DNA of 64,000 nt from NCBI GenBank assembly GCA_048595465.1, contig JBJPGE010000001.1, positions 4,445 to 68,444 of the forward strand, written 5' to 3'. Of this stretch, positions 51,328 to 60,273 are shown piece by piece (positions within the stretch are counted from its first letter, which is position 1; each line of letters begins with the position of its first letter). The stretch comes from Methylophagaceae bacterium (GTDB lineage: Bacteria; Pseudomonadota; Gammaproteobacteria; Nitrosococcales; Methylophagaceae). The notes beneath the pieces were generated by a model. The model did no database searches, had not been told where the DNA came from, and saw only the letters and a list, made by a program, of their open reading frames with translations. A program made the translations under genes and the position numbers.

Positions 51328-51504
51328 CTATGGCTAATATACCCATGACCATCCAAAATGCAATTTTTTAGCACACATATTGAATGTTCTGGCTGCGTCA
51401 TAGTATTGAGCAATAGAATAACTATTACATCAATACGATTCCTTGCCAGCGCATCCACTATGAGCACTATAAAACAGCATTTTGAAAGGACAAGGGTATA
51501 AGAC

Positions 51505-52590
51505 ATGCATGAACAACAAGCCTTGCAGGGCATTCGGCAGAAAATTGATGAAACTGATCTGCAAATTCAAGCTTTGTTAAATAAGCGTGTCGCCATGGCG
51601 CAAGAAGTGGCTAAGATAAAAATAGCCAATGGTGAACAAACTGATTTTTATCGCCCTGATCGCGAAGCTATGGTGTTACGCCAGGTTATAGAGCGTAATG
51701 AAGGGCCATTAGATGAAAAAGAAATGGCACGTTTATTTCGTGAAGTTATGTCTGCTTGTTTAGCTGCCGAAAAGCCACTTCAAGTTGCCTATTTGGGCCC
51801 AGAAGGCTCATTTACTCAAGCCGCCGCATTAAAACAATTTGGTGGTGCTATTGAATTACAATCAATGGCGACTATTGCAGATGTTTTCCACGCTGTTGAA
51901 GCTGGACATGCCAATTATGGTGTTGTGCCCGTTGAAAATTCAACAGAAGGCATGGTGTCACATACACTAGATCGTTTTTTAGATTCATCACTTAAAATTA
52001 ATGGTGAAGTATCGCTTAGAATTCATCATTGCTTATTGAGTAAATCTACACGTTTAGCTGATATTTCAAAGGTTTATGCTCATCCACAAGCGCTAGCACA
52101 ATGCCGTCATTGGCTAAGCGAAAACTTGCCCGGTTGCGAGCTTATTCCCGTTAACAGTAATTCTGAAGCGGCTAAGACGGTTATGAATGATAATCAATCT
52201 GCGGCTATTGCAGCGGATCGTGCAGCCGAAATTTATGATCTATCAATATTGGCAAGTAATATCGAAGATGAAGCTGATAATACAACACGCTTTATTGTAA
52301 TTGGCATGCAGGATGTAGGACCTTCTGGAGCAGATAAAACAGCATTATTAGTCTCCACAAAAAATAAGCCGGGTGCATTACAAACCATACTGCAACCTTT
52401 AGCTGAGCAAGGTATCAGTATGACGCGCATTGAGTCACGGCCATCGCGACAAGGTGTATGGGAATACGTATTTTTCATTGATATTGAAGGCCATAGCCAA
52501 GATAAATCTGTAGCGGATGCTTTAGCTATTTTGGAACAAGAATCAGCAATGTGCCGCGTTTTAGGATCATATCCAAAGGCTGTTCTATAG
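51505..52590 (+). CDS. pheA: bifunctional chorismate mutase / prephenate dehydratase (P-protein)
   Basis: N-terminal CM domain ([20 protein letters not shown]), PDT domain ([14 protein letters not shown]) and ACT domain (ESRPS). Confidence 0.9.
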   Translation: MHEQQALQGIRQKIDETDLQIQALLNKRVAMAQEVAKIKIANGEQTDFYRPDREAMVLRQVIERNEGPLDEKEMARLFREVMSACLAAEKPLQVAYLGPEGSFTQAAALKQFGGAIELQSMATIADVFHAVEAGHANYGVVPVENSTEGMVSHTLDRFLDSSLKINGEVSLRIHHCLLSKSTRLADISKVYAHPQALAQCRHWLSENLPGCELIPVNSNSEAAKTVMNDNQSAAIAADRAAEIYDLSILASNIEDEADNTTRFIVIGMQDVGPSGADKTALLVSTKNKPGALQTILQPLAEQGISMTRIESRPSRQGVWEYVFFIDIEGHSQDKSVADALAILEQESAMCRVLGSYPKAVL

Positions 52591-53543
52591 TGAAACTTAT
52601 TCTGGCTAATCCACGAGGATTTTGTGCGGGAGTTGATCGTGCCATTGAAATTGTTGAACGTGCTCTAGAGTTATTTGGTGCACCGATTTATGTCCGACAT
52701 GAAGTAGTGCATAATCGCTTTGTAGTGGATGGCTTACGTGAGAAAGGGGCTGTTTTTATAGAAGAATTATCAGATGTTCCTGATAATAGCACTTTAATTT
52801 TCAGTGCTCATGGCGTATCAAAAAAAGTACAGGCAGAGGGTAAGTTACGAGGCCTAAAAGTATTCGATGCTACTTGTCCACTGGTAACAAAAGTACATAT
52901 GGAAGTCGCTAGATACGAAAAACAGGGGCGTGAATGCGTATTGATTGGCCATGCCGGGCATCCTGAAGTAGAAGGGACAATGGGACAATATACATCTGAA
53001 GAAGGTGGGATGTATTTAGTTGAAACACCGGAAGATGTGGCTCACTTAAAAGTTAAAAATCCAGATGATTTAGCCTTTGTAACTCAAACTACCTTATCAA
53101 TGGATGATGCATCAATTGTAATTGATGCTTTGCGAAAATATTTCCCATTGATAAGTGGTCCACGCAAAGATGATATTTGCTATGCAACACAAAATCGTCA
53201 AGATGCAGTGAAAAACCTAGCGAGCGAATGCGACATAATGTTTGTGGTCGGTTCTAAAAATAGCTCTAATTCCAATCGCTTACGAGAACTATCTAATAAA
53301 TTAGGTACGCCAGCATATTTGATTGACGATGCCGATGATATTGAGCCCGAATGGTTAAATGATAAGCAAATAATTGGTGTCACTGCTGGTGCATCTGCTC
53401 CCGAAATTTTAGTTAAACAAGTGGTTAAACGCTTGAAAAAATTAGGTGTAACACAGGCGAAGGAAGATCAAGGACAGCGTGAAATGGTAGAGTTTTCACT
53501 ACCAAAAGAGTTAAAAATAGATATCTCTAGGCTTTCTCAATAA
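52590..53543 (+). CDS. ispH: 4-hydroxy-3-methylbut-2-enyl diphosphate reductase
   Basis: [33 protein letters not shown] and SSNSNRL motifs. GTG 52590 shares one base with the pheA stop codon TAG; the ORF-track start at 52551 is judged an extension. Confidence 0.9.
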   Translation: MKLILANPRGFCAGVDRAIEIVERALELFGAPIYVRHEVVHNRFVVDGLREKGAVFIEELSDVPDNSTLIFSAHGVSKKVQAEGKLRGLKVFDATCPLVTKVHMEVARYEKQGRECVLIGHAGHPEVEGTMGQYTSEEGGMYLVETPEDVAHLKVKNPDDLAFVTQTTLSMDDASIVIDALRKYFPLISGPRKDDICYATQNRQDAVKNLASECDIMFVVGSKNSSNSNRLRELSNKLGTPAYLIDDADDIEPEWLNDKQIIGVTAGASAPEILVKQVVKRLKKLGVTQAKEDQGQREMVEFSLPKELKIDISRLSQ

Positions 53544-53549
53544 CGCCTT

Positions 53550-54971
53550 GTGGTAAACACTTCTTTTTTACCGGTATTTCTTTGGACTGATGGTCTTGTC
53601 TATTTCCTTCTAACCGTTGTTATTGCGAGTGTATTTTATATTCGCAAACAAGCTCATTTAGTTGCACCCTGGAAATTAGTACTACAACGCAAGCGCGGTG
53701 TGATTTCAATCATGATTTTGCTCTGTTATGTTGCCGTTGGATTGCTTGATTCAGTGCATTTTCGAGAAGCGTTGCCTAAAATTTCAGTTGATGAAACGCA
53801 GCATTACTCAACAGAAGTAATCACCTTGTTAGATCTTGCTGTAATGCCTTTACGTCAGCATGTTGAAAAAACATATTCTGCCCCGTTTGCTACGCATTTA
53901 TTTGTCCGTGAAATACAATCAAGAATTGATGGGAAAGCTGACTACAAATACCCAGCGTTAAAATTTTCTGGCTCCCATTTAAGTGATTTATCCGAAAAAA
54001 GGTTGGATATAATAAATACAGTAATGAATAGTACTTTTAAAGGACTATCTATCTGGTTAGCAGTCTGTTTAGCATTCTCTTTTCTTGTTGCAAAACATCA
54101 ATATATAAGCTTTAAGAGGGGGGTTTCTAGAATCTTAGCTGGTCATTATCCCTACCCAATTAAAACAGCATTTTTTATGCTCTTTTTATTAATATTACTT
54201 ATAAGTAATATTGCTGAATTGAGTATTAATTATCATGTGATGGGGACAGATAAAGTGGGGCAGGATGTGTTGTATCAAACATTGAAAAGTGTCCGAACAG
54301 GCTTGGTTATAGGCACGCTTACCACGTTGGTTATGTTGCCATTTGCATTATTTATGGGAATTGCAGCAGGCTATTTTAAAGGTTGGATTGATGATGTCAT
54401 TCAGTATATTTACACTACGTTAAACTCTATCCCCAGCGTATTGTTGATTGCAGCTGCCGTTTTAATGCTACAAGTGTATATGAGTAATCATGCAGAGAAT
54501 TTTATTACCGTGGCTGAGCGGGCAGATATGCGGTTATTGTTTCTGTGTCTTATTTTGGGGCTGACCAGCTGGACAGGCCTGTGCAGAATATTACGCGGTG
54601 AGACCTTGAAACTTCGTGAAGTGGACTATGTTTTGGCGGCACGCTCTCTAGGTGTCGGCAGTTTTAGTATTTTGCATCGCCATATTCTGCCCAATTTAAT
54701 GCATATAGTAATGATAGCTATAGTACTAGATTTTAGTGGATTAGTATTGGTTGAAGCTGTTCTAACATATGTGGGAGTAGGAGTTGATCCTTCAATGGAC
54801 AGCTGGGGTAAGATGATCAACAGTGCCCGATTAGAAATGGCACGTGAGCCTATTGTCTGGTGGTCACTGTCGACGGCTTTCTTTTCTATGTTTACGCTGG
54901 TATTGGCGGCAAATTTATTTGCTGATGTTGTACGCGATGCCTTTGATCCGAGAGCGCAGACGGCAGGATGA
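53550..54971 (+). CDS. ABC transporter permease (Dpp/Opp/YejE type) with long N-terminal extension
   Basis: The C-terminal ~250 aa carry the binding-protein-dependent permease core (LGTDKVGQDVL-like MGTDKVGQDVL, and the EAA-region ARSLGVGSFSILHRHILPN). The first ~230 aa are extra. GTG start. Confidence 0.75.
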   Translation: MVNTSFLPVFLWTDGLVYFLLTVVIASVFYIRKQAHLVAPWKLVLQRKRGVISIMILLCYVAVGLLDSVHFREALPKISVDETQHYSTEVITLLDLAVMPLRQHVEKTYSAPFATHLFVREIQSRIDGKADYKYPALKFSGSHLSDLSEKRLDIINTVMNSTFKGLSIWLAVCLAFSFLVAKHQYISFKRGVSRILAGHYPYPIKTAFFMLFLLILLISNIAELSINYHVMGTDKVGQDVLYQTLKSVRTGLVIGTLTTLVMLPFALFMGIAAGYFKGWIDDVIQYIYTTLNSIPSVLLIAAAVLMLQVYMSNHAENFITVAERADMRLLFLCLILGLTSWTGLCRILRGETLKLREVDYVLAARSLGVGSFSILHRHILPNLMHIVMIAIVLDFSGLVLVEAVLTYVGVGVDPSMDSWGKMINSARLEMAREPIVWWSLSTAFFSMFTLVLAANLFADVVRDAFDPRAQTAG

Positions 54972-56989
54972 CGACAGCACTGTTACGCGTCAGCGGGTTG
55001 AAAACATGGTTGGGCGATAAAGCGCGACCACTGCGTGCGGTAGATGGGGTTGATTTTACGATTGGCCGCGGCGAAACCTTTGCGCTTTTAGGCGAGTCAG
55101 GTTGTGGTAAGTCGATGGCCGCATTATCGTTACTTCGTCTTAATCCTCAGCCTGTTAGCGAAATTAAAGACGGACAGATTTATTTTAATAATCACGACCT
55201 GCTATCACTCTCAGAGATGGAAATGCAAAGCATACGAGGCCGGCGTATTGCTATGATTTTCCAAGAGCCACAAAGCTCGCTTAACCCCGTTTTATCTGTA
55301 GCAGAGCAAATATCAGAATGTTTACAGTGGCATAATTATTCTAAACAACAGCTAAGCGAAAAGGTTATTGATTTATTAGAATCGGTAGGTATTTCTGATC
55401 CTAGGCAGCGCATGCATGCTTATCCTCATCAATTATCAGGTGGTATGAAGCAACGCGTGATGATTGCAATGGCGCTAGCCGGTGAACCTGAACTATTGAT
55501 TGCTGATGAACCTACCACAGCCTTAGATGTCACTATTCAGGCACAGATATTAGATTTGTTAAAAGATATTCAAGTCAGAACAGGCATGGCAATACTACTG
55601 ATCAGCCACGACTTAGCTGTTGTTGCTCAAATGGCCGATCATGTGGCTGTTATGTATGCAGGACAGATTGTTGAAACGGGATCGAGCGAACAGTTTTTCA
55701 AAAATCCACAACATCCGTATTCAAAGAAGCTATTTGATGCATTACCGACCCAGCAAAAACGGCAACAGAGGCTAACGGTTATCAAAGGCCAAGTGCCTAA
55801 GCTGGACCAAGAATTCGAAGGCTGCCGATTTGCAGCTCGCTGTGAGCGTGTTGAGCAACGTTGCCATGAACAACCTCCTAATTGGTATGAAGATGACAAA
55901 CAAGGTGTCCGCTGCCATTTATTTAGTGAGGAAGGCTTGAAAAAGGTTCCACAGGCCAAAGATACGGAACATTTATCACTACTGTCAGAAGTAGTACCAA
56001 CTGAAAGAATAGTATTAGAACTGACGTCGCTATCGGTATATTTCCCGATTCGAAAAGGTTTATTACAAAGAGTAGTTGGGAATGTGCGGGCTGTAGATGA
56101 TGTGAGCTTAACATTAAATCAGGCTGAAACGGTTGCGTTAGTGGGGGAATCAGGCTGTGGTAAAACAAGTTTTGCGAAAGGGATTTTACAACTAATACCG
56201 ATAACAGATGGCCGTATTAATTACCTTGGTAATAAACTGAATGGATTATCGGAGCGGCAATTAAAGCAATATCGCGCATCGATACAAATGATATTTCAAG
56301 ATCCATTTTCATCAATGAACCCGAGAATGACCATTACTCAAATTATTGAAGAGGGTATGTTAGCAAAACGAGATCAAACAGATCCCTTAGCCAAATCAAA
56401 AAGAATCAGTGAATTATTAGAACGTGTTGGTTTACCATCAGATATAAAACACCGCTATCCTCATGAGTTTTCGGGAGGGCAGCGCCAACGGATATGTATT
56501 GCAAGGGCATTAGCAGCAGATCCTAAAGTGATTATTTGTGATGAGCCGACCAGTGCATTGGATGTTTCTGTACAGGCGCAAATACTCAATTTATTACGCG
56601 ATATTCAGCATGAATATGGCTTAACATATTTGTTCATTAGTCATAATATTGCCGTAGTAAATTATCTAGCAAATCGTGTAGCGGTGATGTATTTAGGACG
56701 TATTGTCGAGCAAGGTGAACGTGATAAAGTGCTAAACTCACCAAAACATCCCTATACACAGGCTTTATTGGCTGCTGTTCCAGAAATAGATAAAAATAAG
56801 CAACGTAATGTCATCCGCTTAGAAGGTGAATTACCCTCAGCCACCAATCCACCAGAGGGTTGTCACTTTCATCAACGATGTCCACAAGTAATGCCTATAT
56901 GTAGGCAAAAATACCCACAACAAACTGCATTATCAAAGATTCATGAAGTGCGATGTTTTTTATACGAGGAAAATGAAAACAATGGATAA
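54968..56989 (+). CDS. ABC transporter ATP-binding protein, duplicated ATPase (YejF/DppDF-type fusion)
   Basis: Two complete NBDs (GESGCGKS x2, LSGGMKQR / FSGGQRQR, Walker B IADEPTTALD / ICDEPTSALD), each with the oligopeptide-type C-terminal Cys-containing extension. Confidence 0.88.
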   Translation: MTTALLRVSGLKTWLGDKARPLRAVDGVDFTIGRGETFALLGESGCGKSMAALSLLRLNPQPVSEIKDGQIYFNNHDLLSLSEMEMQSIRGRRIAMIFQEPQSSLNPVLSVAEQISECLQWHNYSKQQLSEKVIDLLESVGISDPRQRMHAYPHQLSGGMKQRVMIAMALAGEPELLIADEPTTALDVTIQAQILDLLKDIQVRTGMAILLISHDLAVVAQMADHVAVMYAGQIVETGSSEQFFKNPQHPYSKKLFDALPTQQKRQQRLTVIKGQVPKLDQEFEGCRFAARCERVEQRCHEQPPNWYEDDKQGVRCHLFSEEGLKKVPQAKDTEHLSLLSEVVPTERIVLELTSLSVYFPIRKGLLQRVVGNVRAVDDVSLTLNQAETVALVGESGCGKTSFAKGILQLIPITDGRINYLGNKLNGLSERQLKQYRASIQMIFQDPFSSMNPRMTITQIIEEGMLAKRDQTDPLAKSKRISELLERVGLPSDIKHRYPHEFSGGQRQRICIARALAADPKVIICDEPTSALDVSVQAQILNLLRDIQHEYGLTYLFISHNIAVVNYLANRVAVMYLGRIVEQGERDKVLNSPKHPYTQALLAAVPEIDKNKQRNVIRLEGELPSATNPPEGCHFHQRCPQVMPICRQKYPQQTALSKIHEVRCFLYEENENNG

Positions 56990-57239
56990 ACAAACACAGT
57001 TAGAACTTGAGGCTGCAGCATTTCGCCGTTTAACAAGTCATTTACAAGAACGTACGGATGTACAAAATATTGATTTAATGGATCTTGCTGGCTTTTGCCG
57101 TAATTGTTTAGCTAAATGGTATTTGGCGGCGGCAGAAGGTAAGGAGGTAAAGATTGATTATGATCAAGCACGCGAGCATGTTTATGGCATGCCTTATGAT
57201 GAATGGAAAGGTAAATATCAAACAGGGCTCAAGCGTTAA
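56973..57239 (+). CDS. DUF1244 family protein
   Basis: LELEAAAFRRLTSHLQERTDVQNIDLMDLAGFCRNCLAKWY is characteristic of the family. The start (56973 or 56982) overlaps the ABC ATPase end. Confidence 0.65.
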   Translation: MKTMDKQTQLELEAAAFRRLTSHLQERTDVQNIDLMDLAGFCRNCLAKWYLAAAEGKEVKIDYDQAREHVYGMPYDEWKGKYQTGLKR

Positions 57240-57478
57240 TGATCGTGACTGTCACACAAGTCATGTAGTTTTTTAGCTAATGCCTGGGTATCTGTGGTGT
57301 CGTCTTCTTTAGGTTTGGAAACGGTAATCACAGAAATGGTAGAACGAATTTGCTGCAGGTAATTGCGGCAGCAACTGCATAATAATAGGTGAAAAAATAA
57401 ACCCACGCGTTTACCTAGCGGTAGATCGCCATCAATATAGTTGTTTACTTCATCTGCAATGTCTTTACATTGATACAT
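57236..57478 (-). CDS. zinc-finger (ZAS, HxxxCxxC) anti-sigma factor, soluble
   Basis: 80 aa. HLLLCSCC matches H-x3-C-x2-C. No TM segment. Its start codon directly abuts the sigma gene stop (TGA/ATG junction at 57478/57479). Confidence 0.7.
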   Translation of the reverse strand: MYQCKDIADEVNNYIDGDLPLGKRVGLFFHLLLCSCCRNYLQQIRSTISVITVSKPKEDDTTDTQALAKKLHDLCDSHDH

Positions 57479-58093
57479 TCAGTTGGTGTCCTGATATTTT
57501 TCGATTGTGTGGTGCAATGCTGTTCGAGCCCTATGTAGCAATACCCGTACATTAGACGCGGACACGTCAAGAATGTTACAAATTTCTTTCATTTCGATGC
57601 CTTCCATATCGTATAGCGTTAAGGCGGCACGTTGCTGGGCGGGTAATTGTTGGAAGCTTTGTTCTATAATTTCTTGTAATTGATCATTGGCTAATATTGC
57701 CTCGGGGGTGGCTTGTTCCCAAGCAAACACATCATCATATCTATGGCCTATATTATCAAATTTGTCAGAGGATACAGATTGCCAACCTTCATCTAAAGAG
57801 CTATGCCTATTCTCTCGACGAACACGGCTTTTGGCACCGTTACTGACGATATGAAGTAACCATGTTTTTAATGAAGAGCGCCCTTCAAATTTTGGTAATG
57901 CTTTAATAGCTGAGATCCAGGCATCTTGCACAACCTCATCAGCAAACGCTTCACCGACAATAGCTCTAGCCACAGATATCATAAGGTTCTGATATTCTGA
58001 AACTACTTTTTCAAAAGCAAGCTGATCACCACCGATTAATTGTTTAATTAAGCGTTTTTCATCTTGAGATTTTAATTTTGAAAAAAGTTTCAT
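57479..58093 (-). CDS. RNA polymerase ECF-type sigma-70 family factor
   Basis: Region 2 (FEKVVSEYQNLMISVARAIVG...DAWISA) and region 4 HTH (EICNILDVSASNVRVLLHRAR). About 200 aa. Confidence 0.85.
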   Translation of the reverse strand: MKLFSKLKSQDEKRLIKQLIGGDQLAFEKVVSEYQNLMISVARAIVGEAFADEVVQDAWISAIKALPKFEGRSSLKTWLLHIVSNGAKSRVRRENRHSSLDEGWQSVSSDKFDNIGHRYDDVFAWEQATPEAILANDQLQEIIEQSFQQLPAQQRAALTLYDMEGIEMKEICNILDVSASNVRVLLHRARTALHHTIEKYQDTN

Positions 58094-58100
58094 TTGATTT

Positions 58101-58127
58101 GTAACAAATCCATTTTATGGGTGTCTA
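58101..58127 (+). promoter_or_regulatory. candidate ECF-type promoter upstream of the Cys-Gly repeat gene
   Basis: gtAACaaa - 18 nt - gTCTAtg resembles the AAC / TCT(A) spacing of ECF sigma promoters, about 65 nt upstream of ATG 58191. Pattern match by eye only. Confidence 0.25.
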
Positions 58128-58190
58128 TGTTAGCAAGCTGAGTCATGAATGACCGGTTGTTATTATTTTTTACAATACTATAGGAAATTT

Positions 58191-58574
58191 ATGATGTCTA
58201 TTACTACTAATAAAAAAACAATTGCACTAGTAGCTGGTGCTGCATTAACTGCTGGTGTTGCACTGTCTCCGACTTTAGCAAGTGCTGAAACAATAAACCC
58301 ATTTGCATCTGCTGAACTATCTAGCGGTTATATGCAGCTTGCTGAAGGAAAATGTGGCGGTGATATGAAAGATGCCGAAGCTAAGTGTGGTAGTGATATG
58401 GGCAAAGATGCTGAAGCTAAATGCGGTGCTGACAAAAAAGCTGAAGGCAAATGTGGTGAAGCTAAATGTGGTGCGGATAAAAAAGCTGAAGGCAAGTGTG
58501 GTGAAGCTAAATGCGGCGCTGATAAAAAAGCTGAAGGCAAATGTGGTGAAGCTAAATGTGGCGCTGATAAATAA
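58191..58574 (+). CDS. secreted HvfA/bufferin-like Cys-Gly repeat protein (putative metallophore precursor)
   Basis: Signal peptide ...SPTLASA/ET, then NPFASAELSSGYMQLAEGKCGG and nine K-C-G motifs (EGKCGEAKCGADKKA x3). AGGA RBS before ATG 58191; the ORF-track start at 58149 is judged an extension. Confidence 0.75.
   Translation: MMSITTNKKTIALVAGAALTAGVALSPTLASAETINPFASAELSSGYMQLAEGKCGGDMKDAEAKCGSDMGKDAEAKCGADKKAEGKCGEAKCGADKKAEGKCGEAKCGADKKAEGKCGEAKCGADK
58428..58571 (+). repeat. 45-bp in-frame tandem repeat, about 3.2 copies
   Basis: Units at 58428-58472, 58473-58517, 58518-58562 plus a partial unit. Each encodes ADKKAEGKCGEAKCG and the units differ only at a few synonymous third positions. 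Confidence 0.9.
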
Positions 58575-58601
58575 ACCCGCAGTTCACATCTAATAGTGAA
58601 G

Positions 58602-58628
58602 AAAGGGGCTCTACGGAGCCCTTTTTTA
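58602..58628 (+). terminator. rho-independent terminator between the repeat-protein gene and doxX
   Basis: aaaggggctc-tacg-gagccctttttta: GC-rich stem plus T-tract, 28 nt after the stop codon. Confidence 0.8.
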
Positions 58629-58698
58629 TAAGGTAATTTGTCTTAATTGTATGTGTTAAATGCCATTAAGACAGATGTCCGAATAATAGGAGATAACA

Positions 58699-59283
58699 AT
58701 GTTTATATGTAAAGTTGCTAATACATTTCAAGGTTTATTAAATAAAACCCGCGCGGTTGATTTTTTGGCGCCATTAGCCTTGAGATTATATCTGGCACCA
58801 GTGTTTTGGATGGCGGCGAATAATAAATGGAACCCTTTTGATAGTGGGAGTTCTTTGCAAGGCACAATTGATTGGTTTGGTAATCCTGATTGGGGATTAG
58901 GTTTACCCTTTCCAGAAATTATGGCTCATTTAGCATGGGGTGCCGAATATTTTGGTGCGATTGCTTTGATTTTAGGTTTGGCTGTACGTTGGGTATCTAT
59001 CCCATTAATGGCAACGATGATTGTTGCCGCTCTTACTGTTCATCTTGAAAATGGCTGGTTGGCAATAGCTGAGCCAAGTGCACAGCTAAGTGCAGCGCGA
59101 TCTTTATTAGAAGAGCATGGTAATTATAATTGGTTAACCGAAAATGGTAATTTTGTTATTTTGAACAATGGTATTGAATTTGCTACTACTTATTTCATTA
59201 TGCTGTTGGCCTTATTCTTCATTGGCGCGGGTAAGTATGTCAGTGCTGATTATTGGATAGCTAAAAAATTCTCAAACTGCTAA
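58699..59283 (+). CDS. DoxX family membrane protein (HvfX-like)
   Basis: 194 aa and 4 TM. LALRLYLAPVFWMA and C-terminal FFIGAGKYVSADYWI fit the DoxX pattern. AGGAG RBS. Confidence 0.7.
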   Translation: MFICKVANTFQGLLNKTRAVDFLAPLALRLYLAPVFWMAANNKWNPFDSGSSLQGTIDWFGNPDWGLGLPFPEIMAHLAWGAEYFGAIALILGLAVRWVSIPLMATMIVAALTVHLENGWLAIAEPSAQLSAARSLLEEHGNYNWLTENGNFVILNNGIEFATTYFIMLLALFFIGAGKYVSADYWIAKKFSNC

Positions 59284-59306
59284 TGGGTTATTTTAGGAGA
59301 CTATAA

Positions 59307-60269
59307 ATGTTGATTCGTAAAAAAAGACTAGGTGAGTTACCTGCAAGTGAAATCACCGATCACCAAGTTTATCTTGATCGTAGAAAATTCTTAAATAGCA
59401 GCGCAGCTATTGCAACGGCAAGCTTATTGCCATTAGCCATGGCTAATGCTAAGTCCGGAGTGCCAGAAGCGACTTATTTGGATTTAAAACAAAGTTCATA
59501 TTCAACAGATGATGAATTAACCAGTTATGAATCGGTTACCACCTATAATAATTTTTATGAATTTGGTACGGATAAATCTTCACCCGCCATTACGGCGACA
59601 AAATTTCCTGATAAATCTAAGCCTTGGCGGGTAACAATTGAAGGAGAATGTGATAAACCCGGCGAATATGATTACGACGATTTAATTCGCCCCTTTACAT
59701 TAGAAGAACGCATCTATCGTTTTCGCTGTGTAGAAGGCTGGTCTATGGTTATCCCATGGGTAGGTTTTCCTTTAGCAGATCTTATCAAGCGTGCTCAACC
59801 CAATTCAAAAGCTAAGTTTGTTGAATTTACAACATTATATGATCCAGAACAAATGCCAGGGCAAAGACGGCAAGTGTTAGACTGGCCTTATACGGAAGGT
59901 CTTCGAATAGATGAAGCAATGAATCCACTTACACTATTATCAGTTGGACTGTATGGCAATGAGTTACTGGGGCAAAATGGTGCACCTATTCGCTTAATTG
60001 TGCCATGGAAGTATGGTTTTAAAAGTATTAAATCAATCGTCAATATTCGTTTTGTTGAAGAAATGCCCAACTCGGCTTGGATGAAAGCTGGTCCAAGAGA
60101 GTATGGCTTTTATTCTAATGTAAATCCTGATGTCGATCATCCACGATGGAGCCAAAGCAAAGAGCGACGTTTAGGCGAGTTCTTGAAACGTAAAACAGAA
60201 ATGTTTAACGGCTATGAAGAGCAAGTTGCTGGCTTATATACGGGTATGGACTTAACAAAAAACTTTTAA
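59307..60269 (+). CDS. msrP: protein-methionine-sulfoxide reductase catalytic subunit MsrP (molybdopterin, Tat-exported)
   Basis: Tat signal [52 protein letters not shown] and [16 protein letters not shown] are typical MsrP/YedY motifs. Confidence 0.9.
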   Translation: MLIRKKRLGELPASEITDHQVYLDRRKFLNSSAAIATASLLPLAMANAKSGVPEATYLDLKQSSYSTDDELTSYESVTTYNNFYEFGTDKSSPAITATKFPDKSKPWRVTIEGECDKPGEYDYDDLIRPFTLEERIYRFRCVEGWSMVIPWVGFPLADLIKRAQPNSKAKFVEFTTLYDPEQMPGQRRQVLDWPYTEGLRIDEAMNPLTLLSVGLYGNELLGQNGAPIRLIVPWKYGFKSIKSIVNIRFVEEMPNSAWMKAGPREYGFYSNVNPDVDHPRWSQSKERRLGEFLKRKTEMFNGYEEQVAGLYTGMDLTKNF

Positions 60270-60273
60270 ATCC

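Noticed and set aside
58428-58571. Possible CRISPR-like array because of regularly spaced repeats
   Set aside because: The units are directly adjacent with no unique spacers, are in frame within a CDS, and no cas genes are present in the window.
58328-58593. ORF-track entries 58328-58540 (-) and 58372-58593 (+), with repetitive translations (PHLASPHLPSAFLSA..., KKLKANVVKLNV...)
   Set aside because: These are alternative-frame or antisense shadows of the 45-bp tandem repeat. Only the frame starting at 58191 has a signal peptide, an RBS and the recognisable NPF...GYM...EGKCG family signature.
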